In this document: piece by piece, positions 31,066-35,040 of the stretch
Layout: every line of letters begins with the position of its first letter
Numbering within the stretch: position 1 is the first letter of the stretch
Assembly: GCA_032718475.1 (NCBI GenBank)
Contig: JAUCBJ010007370.1
Location: forward strand, 1-35,040
Direction: 5' to 3'
Length of the DNA stretch: 35,040 nt
DNA from: Nemertoderma westbladi
Lineage: Eukaryota; Animalia; Xenacoelomorpha
The notes under the pieces: generated by a model
Told to the model about the DNA's origin: nothing
Databases searched by the model: none
The model's input: only the letters and a program-made list of their open reading frames with translations
Program-made: the position numbers and the translations under genes

Positions 31066-31498
31066 AATTACATAAATCAAATGTCACTTTTCAGCGTTAA
31101 AGACCCTTGTTTATGAATATTGTTTATTTTAATGAACATGAAATCTTGAAAAAACATTTTTACCCTGTACTTGTAGGTGTGCCAAACCGGATATTTCCAA
31201 TATTTAATATACCCTGTGTTTGTTTACCCTTCTAACTCTAAAACTCGCAAACCCACTAAAAAATATTTTCGATACATCAGAATGACGTTTTCATGTATAC
31301 AATCGTTGCCACTAATCTACATTTCTACATGAAGAAATCAAACTTTGCGCGAAAAGTCTGAATTAAATAAATTAAATATTGGCCGCAAATGTATGTTCCT
31401 CCTGGAGATTTTGAAATCTTTAAAAAAGATCGTACCGTTCACGTTAAAATGTGCAATCCATAACACAATCATAACTACTTTCTATAAAAACTACGATT

Positions 31499-32050
31499 AT
31501 GGAATGCAATCACACAATCAATGCTATGATTCAGGAATACAATCACTATGGTATTGCTAATCGTGTGGTGCTATCTGTGGGGAAAGATATTAACACGAAA
31601 AGGACAATAATTCGCGCACACGGAGAGGGCAGTATGAGACTCGAGAAGGATATGTATAACGAGTGGCTACTTGTTATACACAACTATATACTCTACTGTA
31701 TCCCCGCGGTGGTCTTCAGTGCACCGGTGTCTGCTATTACCTCCTTACACGTTACCGGGGATACGCATCACACAAAAATCAACAATTTACTCGACCTGGA
31801 AACGGGGGAACTTGTCATCCACGGGATTCAATTCGCGGGGAAGAATAAACAGCAGCATTTCCGTCTGTCTGTCTCGGTTATAAACCCAGAGGAGTGGGCT
31901 TCAAAGATTAATGCGGTGAGGGAATTAACTCCGAAACTAACTGTAACCGGAAACCCTATCGAGGATGGGGTGGTTTCTACCACTCACATCGGTCCCAACC
32001 CTATCGAGGAGGGGGTGGTTTCTACCACTCACATCGCTCCCAAACAATAA
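31499..32050 (+). CDS. Intronless 183-aa ORF with a PH-like fold pattern (myosin-I TH1-like)
   Basis: Higher GC than its flanks. LLVIHNYILYCIP..PVSAITSLHVT..LVIH..FRLSV..PEEWASKI follows the PH beta-sandwich and ends in a Trp-containing helix. There is a 45-bp tandem duplication at 31952-32041. Confidence 0.5.
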   Translation: MECNHTINAMIQEYNHYGIANRVVLSVGKDINTKRTIIRAHGEGSMRLEKDMYNEWLLVIHNYILYCIPAVVFSAPVSAITSLHVTGDTHHTKINNLLDLETGELVIHGIQFAGKNKQQHFRLSVSVINPEEWASKINAVRELTPKLTVTGNPIEDGVVSTTHIGPNPIEEGVVSTTHIAPKQ

Positions 32051-32492
32051 GTTATTTATAAGCCCAGATACAGAGAGTGGCAGTTGAATATCAATTGACG
32101 GTGACAGGAGGCATGTTCGTTCGTATGTGCCGTTATTTTGCTATTTTTTAAAAAGTTCAGCTAGTCTTTTTTAAATAGACAGATATTATTATAGAGCATT
32201 TTATGAATCAATCGATTGAAAATAAAATATTCTAGAACATACTTTTTTGTTCTAGAACGTTTTATAATGAATTTTCTAGAACGTAGTCAAAAAGTGCCCG
32301 GAGGAGTGTATCACGTCCTGCTGTCCTGGTGTTTAGAATCGAGAATGCATGCAAAACTCACAAAGTTTATTTACACCATCGTGTGATAAGTAGCAGCACT
32401 TTGTAGATTTATGACCCGAATGTATTTAAATACGTAGCTTAGCGGTACTACTATGTTATGGGTACCCTTAGCGGTACTACCATACACTATAA

Positions 32493-33112
32493 GGCGTTAG
32501 TATAGGAGTATGCCCAATTTTTTTTTGTGTGTGTTTTGTTTGTATATTACCGGTAGTGTTCTAGATTATACCATCTCCCACATTACTATGGTATTGGTAG
32601 CTATTAAATTTTTATTTTGTGGTAGCTAGTAATTTTTTTGGTTAGCTATAAAAATAAAAAAAAATTTATATGTGAATAATTACCGGTATTTGAAAATGTA
32701 TATTTCAATAAATTAACTAAAGTTACATAAATAAAATCAAACACAAGTTACTCAAATAATAATTTATTTATTATTGTAATGTTGGTTTATTAGATCGAGT
32801 AAGTGCTTGAAAGGCGTTTATATTATATTAGTAACAAGAAACAAGCCAACTGAACAAAATACGCTAAAAAAGTCATAATAAAAGAAACAAAACGAGAAAA
32901 AGTTGGTCAAATTTATTCAATTATGACTTTTTTCACTAGCTAATATAAAGCACTAGCTAACACAAAATTAAAATTACTAGCTACCATATTACTGTCAGAG
33001 GGTCAAATATTTGTTCTAGAACAAGAAACCTCATGATATAAACCGATAATCACTATTATAATAATTAAAAATTTTTTTTTTTGAATTTGGGCATACTTAC
33101 TATTCTAATGCC
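32493..33112. mobile_element. Mutator-like MITE
   Basis: TIRs ggcgttagtataggagtatgcccaa and rc ggcattagaatagtaagtatgcccaa. The 9-bp flanks ACACTATAA (32484-32492) and ACACCATAA (33113-33121) differ at one position. Confidence 0.7.
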
Positions 33113-33125
33113 ACACCATAAACTA

Positions 33126-33171
33126 GGCCCCCTCACACGAAGCAACTTGTTTCAGAAACTTGTTGCTGGAC

Positions 33172-33202
<31 letters not shown>

Positions 33203-33354
33203 ACACACAGAAACTTGTTGCTGGACCCCCCCACACACAGAAACCTGTTACTGGACCCCCTCACACATAGAAACAAGTTGCAGCAACAAGTTTCTGTGTG
33301 TGAGGGGGTCCAGCAGGAAGTTTCAGAAATAAGTTGCTCCATGTGAAGGGGGCC
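33126..33354. mobile_element. PIF/Harbinger-like MITE with internal ~30-bp repeats
   Basis: TIRs ggccccctcacacgaagcaacttgtttcagaaactt and rc ggcccccttcacatggagcaacttatttctgaaactt, flanked by cta and taa. Confidence 0.8.
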
Positions 33355-33639
33355 TAATAATTTTTGACTTTTTAAAATGGCGGCCCTACTATATTTTCAA
33401 CAATTATCTAGCCTACAATATTATTTCAATGGGTTCTAATCTGGTATCCTGGTTGGCTGTGCGGTTGTGTTTACTAGGTTGTGTATTTAGATGCGACATA
33501 TTTTGGTTGATAATTCTGATACTGATTTTACAAAATGACTCATTCATAATATAATCTCCGACAATGTTGATGTTAATTAAAATCCTATTCTTGTAACAGT
33601 GTTCTTCAGCTTCTTTTGTTTAATATGTATGTTTATCAT

Positions 33640-33852
33640 GTATTCTCGCTTATTCTCAAATCTGATTGGCTAAACAATAGGGTGATATAACTGTATATCA
33701 CCCAGCTACAGCCAAAAGGAAAACACCCAATGTAACTACTATATTAACACTCCTAATACCTAATCCTTCAGCAAATAAATCATGTATAACTACTTCGGCC
33801 TGCGGCCTCAGTAGTTATACGATTTATTTGCTTCAGGTTTTATAACCGTATA
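33640..33852. mobile_element. Small hairpin-bearing non-autonomous element (possibly Crypton-type)
   Basis: Long hairpin at 33770-33832 with apex tc-ggcc-tgc-ggcc-tc, a second hairpin at 33680-33703, and a ctgattggcta motif. Confidence 0.4.
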
Positions 33853-33940
33853 TAGGGATGTCCCGGAATCGATATTTTGATTCCGGCCGGAACCGGAACC
33901 GGAATTCAACATGCCGGAATATTCCGGCCGGAACCGGAAT
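33853..33940 (+). mobile_element. hAT-like left end with subterminal ccggaa repeats
   Basis: Starts TAGGGATGTCCCGG, followed by repeated and inverted ccggaaccgg and ttccggccggaa motifs. No right end was seen. Confidence 0.55.
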
Positions 33941-34525
33941 TTTCTATAATTAGTGAAATACACTAAATGACCCATGACACTTAAATTTTTTGTGAAACAA
34001 ATGATTTTTTTTAATTTCTACAGCTAAGTTTGATAATGAGAGGAATCAGAACCTTGGTGGGAATTAAGGTGGGTGGAGTGGAGAATGGCCTGGGCCCTTA
34101 TGGGGACGGGATGGTACTTCGGCATTGAATGACAGGGAATTCAATATAATTTTTTTCTAAAATCTATAACTTTTTAGACTCATACCTAAAAACCCACGTT
34201 AACGAAAAACCTTTGGTTTCGCGTCATTAGGTCCTTTGGTGCAATATCCTGGTGTCTTTAAGGGAAAGGAGCATGTTACTGTGACATGTTATTCGAACCA
34301 AAACAATGAACGAGGCCAATAAATAGTACATGGTACAGTATAATTATTGCTGGGAATAAATAGATTTATGATCAGAAATAGCTTTATTGTAAATATAATT
34401 AAAACTAGTATATTATGCAGCACCTACGACGCACATTGGACGAGATAATACCAATCATAATATTATCTAAAAACGCCATTTTATAAACAAATTTTAAAAA
34501 GCAAATTGGAAAAACCACTATTTAA

Positions 34526-34845
34526 GGCCCGTGCTCCACTGGTAAGTCTTATATAGTCTTAGTAAGAATAAATTATGGAACACATTGGTTTCAATAGGAG
34601 CGTCTCCACTGGTAAATCGTAAGTTATGACCGATGAGTCGTAAGTGATTATGTCCCATGTTCCATCTTTTGACATATGAATCATGTGTTATATCCGGCAA
34701 GATGCCTGTGATTGGTTACTTTGGGTATAAATATGCAGTAAATGTGAGACGCATCTTATATTTTTTATCAAATGACTTAAGACTCGTGTTACCTATTGAG
34801 CAAGGAGGCATTCATTTTGACATTCTGACCAGTGGGGCACGGGCC
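34526..34845. mobile_element. PIF/Harbinger-like MITE
   Basis: TIRs ggcccgtgctccactggtaag and rc ggcccgtgccccactggtcag, flanked by taa and tat. Confidence 0.75.
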
Positions 34846-35040
34846 TATTGATGCATTTCATTAGTTAATGTAAATTACGATGGTTTTTGTGAATTGTATA
34901 GGAATACTACAGTAGGTGGTGTAACATATGGTGGTACCATTTTAGTTTCATTACCAGGTGAATTTTTTTTGGAAATGTGTTACATATACCCATCAAGACT
35001 GCATTCACTTTAATAAACTAAACAGGGTGGCTGAGAATTT

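Noticed and set aside
35022-35040. CAGGGTGG at the window edge as a transposon terminus
   Set aside because: Too little sequence and no partner end visible.

Overview
This is AT-rich eukaryotic (very likely invertebrate animal) genomic DNA dominated by transposable elements; nothing supports a prokaryotic origin. It holds two apparently intact two-ORF LINEs: a CR1-type element (~12.4-17.0 kb; PHD-finger ORF1, APE-RT ORF2, (AAT)n tail) and an RTEX-type element (~24.5-29.25 kb). Two RTE-type fragments lie on the minus strand. A 21-bp minisatellite is split into three blocks by the RTE and RTEX insertions. A four-level nest of Mutator-like elements and MITEs with readable TSDs spans 7.6-11.4 kb, and many further hAT-, Harbinger- and Mutator-like MITEs are present. 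Host-gene material, partly missed by the ORF track, comprises a syntaxin-7/12-like exon (+, ~11.7 kb), a minus-strand locus joining a GAF-phosphodiesterase-like N-terminal module to a decayed C2H2 zinc finger (4.0-5.7 kb), and an intronless PH-fold-like ORF (31.5-32.0 kb). The most novel-looking signals are: (1) two diverged copies of a ~220-250 nt element with compensatory base changes and G-U pairing on the minus strand (candidate unknown structured RNA); (2) the PDE-N/zinc-finger chimera; (3) two LINE clades inserted ~100 bp apart in one minisatellite; (4) direct evidence that the abundant TA-N3/4-TA motifs are insertion scars. All family assignments come from motif recognition by eye and remembered reference sequences; no database searches were run.
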